Counted from the stretch's first letter, positions 12,667-25,954 are shown. The stretch is 64,000 nucleotides of DNA from Octopus vulgaris (GCA_951406725.2 OX597830.1:34286001-34350000), one strand, 5' to 3'. Numbers and translations are program-made. Notes: a model not told the origin generated them from the sequence alone.

Positions 12667-13258
12667 TGCACACACTATTCTTGTGTGGACTTACCCTTCA
12701 CATTAATGTAAAATTGTTTTTACTATACCTGAACATAAAAACAAATATTACAATGATATATATTTGTATGTGTGTATGTATTTATATGCATATGTAAACA
12801 TGCATCAATTTGTGTGTGTGTATGTCTGTTTGTCTGTATATATGTGCGTGCATGTATGTATGTATAAATATACAATTATGTATATTTGTTTATGAATATA
12901 TATTTATGCATATAATAATATATATATATATAGGTATATACATGCACATGCACATATCCACATACAGAGGCATATACCTATATCAAAACATCCTTACATA
13001 TTTGTTTGCATGTGCACACGTTCATACACACACACGCACGCACATATATATATAATGAAATATATATCATGAAATATATAATGAAATATATATATATAAT
13101 GACATATATATCATATATGCGTAGAAATATATTCATAAAACTATATACCAATTGATATAAATATATACATTAATATGTATAATAATTTATACCTATATTC
13201 AAAAGTATTAAAATATGTACGAATATATGTATATCATTACATATACATACATACATAC

Positions 13259-13299
<41 letters not shown>

Positions 13300-13885
13300 T
13301 ACAAATTATATGATTGTGATGGAGGCAGTTTATTCTTTGTTATTCGTATTCTTCACTTCAATTTCCCTCACTATGAAAAAACAGCCAACAACCAGAATCT
13401 TCCAGTGGAATGCTAGATAGTAAGGGAAGTAACTTATAAAAACCTGTAGACATAAAGGAATCAGTGGGAAAAAAAAATATATGGAAGAAACACAGATAGT
13501 TTTTCAGCATATTTATTTACTTCGATATACTACATACATCTGTGTGTGTGTGTGTGTGTACGTGTGTATGTGTGTGTGTCTGTAATGGCAGTGTTGTGCA
13601 AATTATTGAGAAAATCTTTATACTGAATATAGACCTAAAAAATCTTGTCACTGATTTATACATTAACATGCACTAGCATATACATACTCATATAAGCATG
13701 CACACAGACACACTGTCATATATATGTATATATAATAATTAGAAGATGTATAGTGTAGGAATGTGATTAAACTCTCTACTGATATTTATCTGTGTATCTG
13801 TTTTTTATCTTCTATTTCTTAGTGTATTTTTATAATGTACAGGCACACACAAAAATACACCCAGAAACACACACACAGATATAAG

Positions 13886-13956
<71 letters not shown>

Positions 13957-13990
13957 AATACACACACATACATATGTATATGTATTTTTT

Positions 13991-14502
<512 letters not shown>

Positions 14503-14645
14503 CACACATATACACATATATATACACTTACACACACATACACATATATATACACACAAATGGTATATATATATATAGTCACATAAGACCATTCTTTCAC
14601 ACACACTTATATACATATACACACACATCCATACACACTCACATA

Positions 14646-14681
<36 letters not shown>

Positions 14682-15841
14682 TGTGTCTGTGTCTGTGAGT
14701 GTGTATTAATGTGTGTGAGCTTGAAAGTATATGTTTAATGGGAACAGTCCTGGCTAAATGATTAAAAATATCACTTTGCAAATGTAAATTCCTGAGTTTG
14801 ATCCCCAATGTGTGGTATTTCAGTGAGTGTCTCTTTCTCAAAGTTAACTTATCCCCATATATATGTATATCTTGTATTAACTACACACCATTTAAAATGG
14901 CAATGACTCAAATATATGCTCATGGGAAAGAAAGGCACATGAATAGTGCCTTGTGTTTTAATGATGTTGTATTTCCTTTCTTGTTTAAATATTTCTCTCA
15001 TATTGTTTTATATATTTCATTCTTTAAACTTATCAATACACATTCAACAGTATTCTGCATATAGGATGACCTCAAAGATATAAGTAAGTTGATCTTTTGG
15101 CTTTTGGTGAATATATTGGTGGTCCTGAGTATGTTGTGATACATAGGATTTTAGAATGATGTTGGGTGAGTTTGGGGTGTTGCTTACTTAAACCTTCTGA
15201 TCAAATGATCAAACTTCAGAAGCAATGTATAGCAATTAATACCTGAAACGATACTCCACCCAGAAAACGAATCAGGAATGAGCTTATTAAAAGCAGGCAT
15301 CGTCATTTTCTAGGGCTAGGCTGGGCTGGGCTGGTTCTCCCTTGGCATAGATCTATAATTCTTTCATGGCATAGATCCAACTACAAATAATTCCTTTAAT
15401 CATGAGGTTTCTACTTTCTATATGTGTGTGTATACTAGTCTTTGTGATTCTGTTTGTCTACTCCTACTTGACAACTGGTGTTGGTTTGTTTATATCTCCA
15501 TAACATATATGTTCAGCCGAGACCTACAGAATAACTACTGGGGTTAATTTGTTCAATTAAATTCCTTCAAATCAGTGCCCCAACAGTGCTCCAGTGTAGC
15601 CATAGTCCAATGACAGAAACAAATAAAGATAAATGATATTGTAACTTGAAACAAAAATCACAAATACATTAAAGATGAAATAATAATTACATGCATTAAT
15701 TATAAGCAAAAGATATGGTGCATAGTGACACAAGGTCACACCTGATTGCAAGTGGTGGTCATATTTATTTATTACATTAATTATTACTTAAATAAAATTG
15801 TGGGTTTTTAGTATTTGTTATTAGTGATGGAGTCTGTATTA

Positions 15842-16146
15842 GTAAAGATTGTTTGCCAACATAACATGGCAGTCTTGGTTTAGGACGAATATTACTGTAA
15901 TTTAGTCCCAGGAGACATTGTCTCTAGCTGGCTATATGACACAATCTGTGTCCTTATATTTTCAGACAAGGGAATCTAGCACCCTCACCTAGCTCAAAAC
16001 AATATCTGCGTATCATGATTTCCGGGTTATACAAGGACACAAATTGTGTTGTATAACCAGCTGGAGACAATGTCTCCAGGGGGTAAATTACAGCAACATT
16101 CATCCTAAACCAAGACAGCCATGTTATGTTGGCAAACAATCTTTAC
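15842..16146. mobile_element. MITE with long terminal inverted repeats (about 118 bp) flanked by TA
   Basis: TA-GTAAAGATTGTTTGCCAACATAACATGGC...GCCATGTTATGTTGGCAAACAATCTTTAC-TA; arms about 15840-15958 and 16028-16148. Confidence 0.85.
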
Positions 16147-17042
16147 TACAAAGTACTGTTGCTGAATATCTCACATCTATATATCTGAGTCTGTTTTAGT
16201 TCTGAACAATAATCTGTTTAATATTCTTAACATGGATATAGTGTAAGAAAGCCATAATACTGCAGTATTCATATTGAGAAGGTATCTCAAGCATGAAATT
16301 CGTCTAAGCATGCAGTGCATAGTATAGTAGATATTTCCTATTTTTGACATGTAGATACACAGAAATCTTAGGATCTAGCTATCCTATCACTGCTTTTCAT
16401 CTACTACTGATCCTTCTGCACTTTTTAGCACTATGCTTAAATATGAAATGTCTTCAACAGATGAATATCACAGTGTTATGACTTTCTTACGTTAAGGAAG
16501 ATATACAGATTGTTATAACAAATTAAATATTTCTGCCCACCAAAACTACCACCACTACCACCACCACCACCACCACCAATATTTAGAACTTTAAATTATA
16601 TAAGCAGCAAATTGGTGGCCAATAGTGTAAGGGATTGAATGGTTAGTCTACATTATTCTGTAAGGGGCATAGGGTCATTTTCCCCATTTCTCTGGCATAT
16701 ATATTCATTCCTCCTTGGATGGAGTTGTTGGCCCATTACAGGATCACTCTTTTTACCAGGATCACTCTTTTAACTGAGTGGAATAGAGCAACGGGAAATG
16801 AAGATTTTTGCTCAAGAACCCAATGCATCACCTGGTCTGGGAATCAAAACCATAAGCTTACGATCATGAGTCAAACACCCTAATCACTAATCCATGTGTC
16901 TCTGCATGGGATAGAATGCTTTGTTGTATTTGCTCCATTCCTTGCACACAAATTTGTCTTTCATCATTTCTGGGTTGATATAAAAATATGATTATTTACA
17001 TTATTTACATTGACAGATACTTACCTCATCTTGTTTGCTGTT

Positions 17043-17088
17043 AACACAATGTTTTGGCTGATATACCCTCCAGCCTTCATCAGGTGTC
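17043..17088 (-). ncRNA. Inverted copy of the 17294-17339 hammerhead motif
   Basis: Reverse complement reads GACAC CTGATGA A GGCTG gagggtatat CAGCC AAAA C ATT GTGTT. Confidence 0.6.
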
Positions 17089-17182
17089 TTGGGGTATATG
17101 GCATAGTGGTTAAGAGCGTGGGCTACTAACCCCAAGATTCTGAGTTTGATTCCAAGAAGTGACCTGAACAATAATAATAATG

Positions 17183-17239
<57 letters not shown>

Positions 17240-17293
17240 GATAACATCGAAAAATACCTTAGGAATGAAAACCTACGTTTGAAATTTCCCCAA

Positions 17294-17339
17294 GACACCT
17301 GATGAAGGCTGGAGGGTATATCAGCCAAAACGTTGTGTT
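17294..17339 (+). ncRNA. Minimal type I hammerhead ribozyme motif, probably inactive in this copy (G12A)
   Basis: GACAC CTGATGA A GGCTG gagggtatat CAGCC AAAA C GTT GTGTT: stem I GACAC/GTGTT, stem II GGCTG/CAGCC, palindromic AACGTT in place of stem III. Confidence 0.7.
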
Positions 17340-18249
17340 AACAACAAACAAGATGAGGATAAATATCCGTCAAATGTAAATAATGTACATAATTCCTCAT
17401 CTCTTAAATATAGAACTGTATAAAATACGAGTCCTAAGTACTAGATTTATGCAAATGTAAGAATGTCAGATCACATACCTTGCAACATTTGTTCCAATCA
17501 TTTGCATTCCGAGTTTAAATTCTGCACTGGCCTACATGATTGACATAGTCATAGGAATGATTAAATTGCACTGTTGATTATCATCCCCACCTGACACCTT
17601 GGATGCCTTTAGGTGATTCCAATTTGTTGTAAGTATTTGGGCCAGGTGTTGGTTTGAGGGTTCCTCTCTGACATAACCGAATTAATACCAACTGTCAAGT
17701 GGAAGAGAACAAACATAGTAACAAAAACTGACACGTTTAGAAGGCAGAAAGCTCTTGGTTACAAGAATTAGTGCCGTGTTTGGAATAGTAGTGATTTTGG
17801 TCTACACCATCAGAGAACCAGCTCAGCATAAGATGATAATGATGTTAGTTTTTACTAAGTTCTTGGTTTGCTTTCTGGTGGAACATTGTTTCAGGTGTAT
17901 TAATTACTCAACATTACTTCTGAGCAACGATGTTTGACCATTTGGTCAGAAGATTTAAGTTGACAATGCCCTAAGCTCACCAGGTACATTACTAAAGTCA
18001 CTCCAACTCTCTTGGTTCAGAGTTCAAATCCCATTGCAAACTCTCCTTTTATCTTTTAGGGGAGCAATAAATACGGTGAATATCCTGTACAAGATCAATT
18101 CTTTTCTTTCCTAACTCCTTTATTTTGTCGGACTTTTACTCTCCATCTGAAAAAACAATTATCTTGTGGTCAGACCTGGTAAGAGATGAATATTGCCAGG
18201 TCTAAAAGATTAAACACATGTCATACAACGTTACAGATTTGTCAAGGAT

Positions 18250-18481
18250 TTAACGTTTTCACATTCAGGTTACTCTGTCAAATGTAATGCTTATGTATTC
18301 ACATATTCACACTGTTTTGAATCAGTCATACATCATCTCAGAGCTTTGAGATTTCAATGATCTGATTGTTTTAAAATGACATTGTTGGTCAGGTGTGAGA
18401 AGCAGGACTTGGCTGGTTTTGAACGTAAAATAGACTGAATATTTGGGGCAGATATTGTCAGTTTAAATGCTAAAAGGTCAA
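18250..18481 (-). mobile_element. TTAA-flanked (piggyBac-like) MITE family 1, diverged
   Basis: Reverse-complement homology to 34726-34950 and 50643-50822. Confidence 0.7.
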
Positions 18482-18562
18482 GTTCACATGACATAGCATA
18501 TATTATACATATATACATATTATACACAAATCTTGTGTGAATGCCAGTGTAGGTTTACATAC

Positions 18563-18612
<50 letters not shown>

Positions 18613-18633
18613 TTATTATGAACATGAGAATAT

Positions 18634-18688
<55 letters not shown>

Positions 18689-18941
18689 TATATATAATGT
18701 GTATATATTATATATGTTAGATATATAATATTTATATTATATATATATATATATAATGTATATATACATTATATATATATAATGTGTATATATTATGCAT
18801 GTTATATATATTATATTTATATTATATATATATAATGTGTATATATTATATGTTATATATTATATATATATATAATATATATAATGTATATATACATTAT
18901 ATATATATAATGTGTATATATTATATATGTTATATATATTA

Positions 18942-18992
<51 letters not shown>

Positions 18993-19496
18993 AATATTCT
19001 CATGTTCATAAATGTTATCAAAAGACAACCCAAAAAATTAGTTTGTTCTGCAAATCTACACAAACATGTATGTATGTTTGTATATATGCATACATGTATA
19101 TAAATTTATATATATATATATATATATGCAGATGATTTATAAGTGTAGCAATCTATTCCACTGTGAAAATACTTGGAGACATGTACAAACATATATAAAT
19201 ATGGAAAGATGTTTATATACATAAATTAATATTTATGTACATAGCGCACTCTCATAAACATACACACATACATATATTGTACATTCATACGTATAAATAA
19301 TCATGCATAATTAATGGATAATCTATATACGTATGTACATAGATGCATCTATGTTGGTATTTATAGATGGATAAATTCACAAAAATATCCCAACTATAAA
19401 TTAAGCATGCATTAATGTGAATGTTTAAAATTACTAACTCATTTTTTTTGTGTGTGCATGTGTGTGTGACAGCAAGAGAGAGAGAGAGAGAGAGAA

Positions 19497-19530
<34 letters not shown>

Positions 19531-19766
19531 TGTGTGTGTGCATGCACGTGTGGGTGCATATGTTTGTATTTTTCAAATGAAAGCATTTTTATGTCAGATA
19601 GACATTTCATGTTTTAAAACTAAGAATTTTCATGTTTGTAATTCATCTTTTTCCCTGTTTTAAATTTATTTTTTTACGTATAGTATTCTCTATAGATTTG
19701 ACAGCTACATACATAAATGTTTTTTATGTGTGTGTGTATGTGCATATATATATATATATGTGTGTG

Positions 19767-19807
<41 letters not shown>

Positions 19808-19896
19808 TTATATTTATATGTATATATGTACATATACATATATCATATACATATATCTATATATCTATATCTATCTATCTATCTATCTATCTATTA

Positions 19897-19941
<45 letters not shown>

Positions 19942-20341
19942 ACTATGTGCACATGTGTGTGTTAATTATGTATTAGATATTGTATCATGTGTATAAACAG
20001 TGTAATAGTATCTATTTTGCATATAGGTTCACACACATAACATATGCATATATGTGAATGCATGTATATATATAAACACATATGAACTTCTTTGAAATCT
20101 TTTTTCTATACACTGTAATTGAAATTAATATTGCTAGAGATCATGGTAAATTCAATTAAATTTAATAAAAAAAACATAAAATATAACTAAAAATAAAAAA
20201 TAAAATCAAAATAAACTATATCCCCAAACAAAAAATATAACAACAAAGTATCTGAAGAAACAACTAAAAGAACCATGTCAACAAGTGGCATGCTATAGAT
20301 TATGATAATAGTGATGATATCAAATGGTTATTATTATTATT

Positions 20342-20555
20342 AAGGTGGCGAACCGGCAAAATCGTTAGCACACTGGACAAAGTGCTTAGCATTATTTCAC
20401 CCTTTGCTACATTCTGAGTTCAAGTTCCATCAAGGTCGACTTTAACTTTCATCCTTTCGGGGGTTGATAAAATAAATACCAGTTGAACACTGGGGTTGAT
20501 GTAATCAACTTATCCTAACCTCCCCAAGCTACCCTTGTGTCAAAAATTTTAAATA
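20342..20555 (+). mobile_element. SINE family B
   Basis: AAGGTGGCGAACCGGCAAAATCGTTAGC...TTTCATCCTTTCGGGGTTGATAAAAT; another copy at about 21290-21518. Confidence 0.8.
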
Positions 20556-20673
20556 ATAATAATGATGATGATCATAATAATAATAATTATTATTATTATC
20601 GTTCTTCTTCTTCATATTATTATTATTATTATTATAATTATAATTATTATTATTATTATTATCATTATTTTTT

Positions 20674-20728
<55 letters not shown>

Positions 20729-20777
20729 CATTATCATCATCATCATTATCATTTTTCATTATTATTATTATTATTAC

Positions 20778-21263
20778 ATGTTTGACTTTTGCTTTGTATT
20801 TGTACAAGATGACTCCAAGAGACCTTGAGAGACAAGTTAGAAGTTCATGCTGGTGTTATACCTAAGGTGTCATATATTTGGTTTTGCACAGAGTATTTTT
20901 CTAGGAAATGTTTAAGAAAACAAGAAAATTATGAGCTTGTCTTAAAATTTGAGATTACATGGATAGTATTTTGCATAGGATATGAGCAGTTCCCATGAGC
21001 ACTATCTTTTGAATTTCTTCCATTTTGGGGTTTCCTGGTATCAGAGTTTGGTATCAATCAGCCCCTTTCGCTATCATTCCCAGGGCACTTATGACAACAG
21101 GTATTGTTTTAGTCATCAGGTTCCACATTTTGCCAATTTCCATTCAAGATCTTTAAACTTGCTCAATTTTTTGTAGGTCTTGACAGATACATTTATGTCG
21201 ATTGGGACAGTCATATCAATGAGGAGGCATGATTTTTGTCAGAAGTCTTTCAATATAATGTCT
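20778..21263 (-). mobile_element. 5'-truncated R4/Dong-like non-LTR retrotransposon (REL endonuclease C-terminus and 3' UTR)
   Basis: 21262-20955 translates, with one frameshift and two stops, as DIILKDF*QKSCLLIDMTVPIDINVSVKTYKKLSKFKDLE/EIGKMWNLMTKTIPVVISALGMIAKGAD*YQTLIPGNPKMEEIQKIVLMGTAHILCKILSM*; (ATT)n on both sides. Confidence 0.8.
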
Positions 21264-21518
21264 TCATTATTATTATTATTATTATTATTGAGGTAGTGAG
21301 CTGGTAAAATCGTTAGCACACCAACCAAAATGCTTAGCGGTATTTCATCCATCATTAAATTCTGAGTTCAAATCCTGCTGAGGTCGCCTTTGTCTTTCAC
21401 TCTTTCAGGGTTGATAAAATAACTAACTGTTGAGCATTGGATTTGATGTAATCAACTAGTGCGAGCAATCCCCACCTTCCAAAAATGGTTGCCCTCGTGG
21501 AAAAATTTGAAACCATTG

Positions 21519-21868
21519 TTACCTCCACGTTTGCGAGGGCCAGGGTGTTGTTTTCAGTCGTGTTTGTTTGTTTGTCTGTGGACAAGATATCTCAAGAACT
21601 GCTGGATGGATTCGGACGAAACTTTCAGGGATATTTGGTCTCCTGACTGGCACACACTGATTAGATTTTGGGATTGATCCAGTACCAGACAAGGATTCTG
21701 GCTTATTTTCCCATTTTTTTACTTAATTTTTGAGAGTGGCCAGGTTCGTTTGTGAGAGCAGTCGAGCTTATTTCAGATATTCTCATTTTAAAAATCATCT
21801 CTGGCTAATCATTGAGAGGACGTTGGTGTTGCCTTGGTGGAGATTTGTGCTCTCTAAGTGCTCTTATT
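21519..21868 (+). mobile_element. HINE/DINE-1-like element, copy 2
   Basis: Shares TGGACAAGATATCTCAAGAACTGCTGGATGGATTC with 9525; ACCTCCAC...CCTTGGTGGAGAT subterminal IR; ends at (TTA)n. Confidence 0.75.
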
Positions 21869-22253
21869 ATTATTATTTCAGTGCTGCAAATTAAAACCGA
21901 AACCATGCATTCTGCAACGAAACGCCACTGGTATTTAACATTGCTTATCATCTTTTCAGTGTCGATAAAATAAAGTACAGTCAAAAAGCAGAGTTAATGT
22001 TATTTGCTGGTTCCTTCCTCTCAACATTACTGCCTTTGTACCAAAATTAGAAGGAATTATTTTCAAAAGATAATTCCATATGTTAGTTCTTCTAAAACTT
22101 TACATTGTAAATTCAAATGCTACAGGAGTTAACTTAACATTGCCTATGTTCCATTTTGTAGTTTCAGGAAAATATGAAGCATTTATGTAGTGGGCATTGA
22201 TGAATCCTCTCTCTTTAAATTTACTGGTCTTGTGCCGAAATGAAAAAAAAAAA

Positions 22254-22590
22254 TCATCGTTGTTGTCATCATCATCATCATCATCATCATCATCAGCATC
22301 ACCATCACCATCATCATCACCATCATCACCATCATCATCATTGTTGTCATCATCATCATCATCATCATCACCATCATCATCATCACCAACACCATCATTG
22401 TCATCTTGATCACGATCTCATCCTCCTCCTCATCATTGTCATCATCATCCCCATTAACATCATCATCACGATCTCAACATCCTCACCACCACCATCATCA
22501 TCATTGTCATCTTGATCACGACCTCATCATCATCATCACCATCATCATCGTCGTCCTCATCCTCATCCCCCTCATCATCATCTTCATCCA
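22254..22590. repeat. (CAT/CAC)n compound microsatellite with internal duplications
   Basis: CATTGTCATCTTGATCACGA occurs twice within the CAT runs. Confidence 0.85.
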
Positions 22591-22749
22591 TGTGTAGTAT
22601 GCCTTGAACATCACTTTACATTTTGAGTTCAAATACTCCCATAGACAGCATTGCCGTTCATTTTTTTTTTTTTGTGGAGTTGCTATAAAACAATGCATCA
22701 GTTTAGAATTGAGATTACTCTAATTAACTGCATACCTCCTTAAATACCT

Positions 22750-23280
22750 GTGAAGGCAGGTGGCTTAGTGGTCAGGGCATTCAGCTCACGATCATAAGGT
22801 CATGAGTTCAATTCCTTGTGTCCTTGAGCAAGACACTTTATTACACATTGCTCTGATCCACCCAGCTAGCAAAAATGAGTAGTACCTATATTTCAAATAG
22901 ATATTCTTGTCACTTCTTGTATGACACTGAATCTTCCTGAGAACTACATTAAGGATACATGTGTCTGTGGAGTATTCAACCACTTGCACATTTATTTCTT
23001 GATTGCACCATTGCATTCATCAGAACAACTGAAACACTTGTTGTCATGGTATCTATTTCACCTTGCTCCGGTCCACTCAGCTGGCAAAAAATGTGTAGTA
23101 CCTGTATTTCAAAGGGCCAGCTTTGCTCACATTCTGTATCAAGGTAAATCTCCCTGAGAATTACATAGAGGGTAAATGTGCTTGTGGAGCACTCAGCCAC
23201 TTGCAAGTTAATTTCACGTGCTGGCTCTTCCATTGATTGGACCTACAGGAATCCTTACCGTCATAACCATCATGGTGCCA
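22750..23280 (+). mobile_element. tRNA-headed SINE with duplicated body-tail block
   Basis: Block about 22835-23010 recurs diverged at about 23052-23230. Confidence 0.75.
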
Positions 23281-23309
23281 GTTATTCAGTTATTAGTCAA
23301 TTATATAGC

Positions 23310-23715
23310 TCTGAGCTGGCAGAAACGTTAACACGCCAGGCGAAATGCTTAGCAGTATTTCATCTGTGTTTACATTCTGAGATAAAATTCCACTGAGGTT
23401 GACTTTGCCTTTCATCCTTTCGGGGTCGAAGTACCAGTTATGCACTGGGGTCAATATAATCGACTTAATCCGTTTGTCTGTCCTTGTTTATCCCCTCTGT
23501 GTTTAGCCCCGTGTGGGCAGTAAAGAAACAGGTATTTTGTCTGTATTTACGTTCTGAGTTCAAATTCCACTGAAGTTGACTTTGCCTTTCATCCTACGGG
23601 TCAATTAAATAAGTACCAGTTATGCACTGGAGTCAGTGTAATCGACTTAACCCTTTTGTCTGTCATTGTTTGTGCCCTCTATGTTTAACAACTCCCTGTG
23701 GGCAATAAAGAAATA
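23310..23715 (+). mobile_element. SINE family B tandem dimer, second unit headless
   Basis: GTTCTGAG...GACTTTGCCTTTCATCC...GTGGGCA-TAAAGAAA occurs twice in tandem. Confidence 0.8.
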
Positions 23716-24890
23716 GTTATATATTTTAAAATATGTTTATTATTATTTTAAATTCTGAATTTAGATATCACTGTGAGCAACTTTACCCTGTTTTTCCTTT
23801 TCTTTTTTTTTTTTGGTTTCTCTGTGTCAATAGAATAAGGTATTATTGAAAGACTGAGGTCATGAAAGGGTCCAATCTTTAGACACTTAGAACTATGAAG
23901 GTAAGGCACAAGCTCCTGGTGGGGTCTCTCTTACTGGGCAGGTCAAAGTATAGAGGCAAGGTTAATATGGACCACCTCTTCCAAGACATAAAATGTGGAT
24001 GCACGTGGCTTAGTGGTTAGAGTGTTGGAATCATGATTGTAAAATTGTGGTTTCAATTCCTAGATCAGAAAAGGCATTGTGTTCTTGAGCAAAACACTCC
24101 ATTTCATGTCGCTGTAATCCACTCACCTCATGAAAATGAGTAATCCTGTGACAGACTGGCGTCTCGTCTAGGTGGAGAAACATGGACACCAGCCCTTATG
24201 AATCTGTATGACATAGGAAGGGTCAGAGAAAAAACATGCCTTCTAAGAAAAAGAAACCTTGGAGGAACATCACAGGAACATGACATGGTGCACCAAAATC
24301 AGAAAGAAAACTGTAAAGAAGGAAAGGAATCCAACAGAGCTATCATAACAGCATTGTAAGACCCTGGGCTCTGTCATCTTTTGTTATTGACAGCAAACCA
24401 CAATGTGCATAAATCAGAATTGGACCCCAGATATGTGACATTCCTAGGAAATTCAATACACTGCTGTCCTATGGTATTTATTTATTGACAGCAAGCCTCA
24501 GCATACATGGATCAGAATTAGGGCCCTAGAACTTTGAAGTTCCCAGAAAAATGACCAATGTGTCCATGTCTTGAGGTGGCAGAGAATCCTAGTGGTGGGA
24601 AGCAGAAAAGACAGACCAGAATCTAATACCCCCATTGAGAAGGTATGGCAAAATCCCATGATCTCTGATATGGCAAAATCCCAGCATGTTCACAGCCAAC
24701 AAGCTGATGCTGGTAAAGAAGTATATTCCATAATGCCTCAATAAACAAGTGAATTTGTTCCCAGAGAACAAGGTGCACACATATGAAGAATTGGAATATA
24801 TACCACAGAGCATTTTATCTGAAGTGCAAACAGTTAATGACTAGCTCTAAGTATACTGTTACATTTTTAGAAAAAGTCAAAACCAAAAGT

Positions 24891-25296
24891 TCAGTTTTGT
24901 ATTTGGTTTGCAAGATTCTTGATGTAAACTCATATGTTGAAACATATTTTGATGTATCTTTGGGAGGATCATTATGCCAATGATAAACACATGCACTGGT
25001 TCTATTTCACTTCGGTATTTTTATTCATCAGCTGGTGAACCAATTAACCAGTTGATTACTTAATTAATCATTTGGTAACTCAATCAAACAGATAAATTTA
25101 TTGATAATGCTTTGAATGGCAATGAAATAGCTTTGTGACAAACCAAACTGATTTGTTGATTGACAGAACAGTTAAAGAAATGACTGATTAATTCATGGTT
25201 AAATGCTTAACCAGATTACTAATAAAAGTAAAGAAGTGAAATGGACGGTGTGCATGCATTTATTATTGGCATCATGGCCCTCCCAACATACAACAA
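24891..25296 (+). mobile_element. Older, longer member of the fold-back family with hammerhead-like centre
   Basis: Leader ATTTGGTTTGCAAGATTCTT; diverged arms about 24950-25030 and 25220-25296; TTGATAA...GAAA at 25101-25127. Confidence 0.65.
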
Positions 25297-25360
25297 TGAA
25301 CAGAAATATTAGAAAGACAAAGGGTAATTATGATAGTTTATGAAAAAGATAAAGGGTAAA

Positions 25361-25954
25361 GACCCACCTCAGTCATGAATGACCATGGGATTGCACCTAG
25401 AAAGTTACCCTCTGAGGCACAAGTCTGGGCAAGATTGTTTATGGAAGACCAGTATACTAGCTCATGCACACTAGTGAACCCTCTCCATGCCACCGATATT
25501 ATCTAAGGGTGATATTATTTAAGGCGGCGAGCTGGCAGAAATGTTAGCACACCGGGCGAAATGCTTAGCGGTATTGCGTCTGTCGTTGCGTTCTGAGTTC
25601 AAATTCTGCCAAGGTCAACTTTGCCTTTCATCCTTTCGGGGTCGATAAATTAAGTACCAGTTATGCACTGGGGTCGATGTAATCAACTTAATCCGTTTGT
25701 CTGTCCTTGTTTGTCCCCTCTATGTTTAGCCCCTTGTGGGCAATAAAGAAACAGATATTATCTAAGGGAAAGACAAAAGCTGATATAGCTTGGCACCAGT
25801 GACGTTACAACTAATTTCTACAGCTAAGTGAACAGGTGCAACATGAACTAAAGTGCCTTGCTCAAGAACACAACACACAATCCGGTTTGAGAATTGAACT
25901 CACTACCTCGTGATAGTGAGCCCAATGCTCTAAACACAGAGCCATGTGTTTCAC
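25361..25954 (-). mobile_element. SINE family D interrupted by a family B insertion
   Basis: D sequence resumes after the 15-bp duplication GATATTATCTAAGGG. Confidence 0.85.
25521..25753 (+). mobile_element. Young SINE family B with 15-bp TSD
   Basis: CpG-rich copy; GATATTATCTAAGGG at 25495-25509 and 25754-25768. Confidence 0.9.

Larger units (their letters stand above)
16991..17420 (+). mobile_element. Composite element: inverted tail copy, tRNA-like head, (AAT)n, hammerhead-bearing tail (Penelope-like architecture)
   Basis: Inverted repeat 16991-17094 versus 17288-17393; A box TGGCATAGTGG at 17099-17109; B-box-like GTTTGATTC at 17144-17152; hammerhead fold in both arms. Confidence 0.8.

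Noticed and set aside
13300-13480. Minus-strand exon after an acceptor-like TTCCTTTATGTCTACAG
   Set aside because: No convincing donor, no recognisable peptide and no partner exons; only RNA-seq could rescue it.
22240-22515. Poly-His ORF (also 48354-48608)
   Set aside because: Translation of a (CAT/CAC)n microsatellite that is open in several frames.
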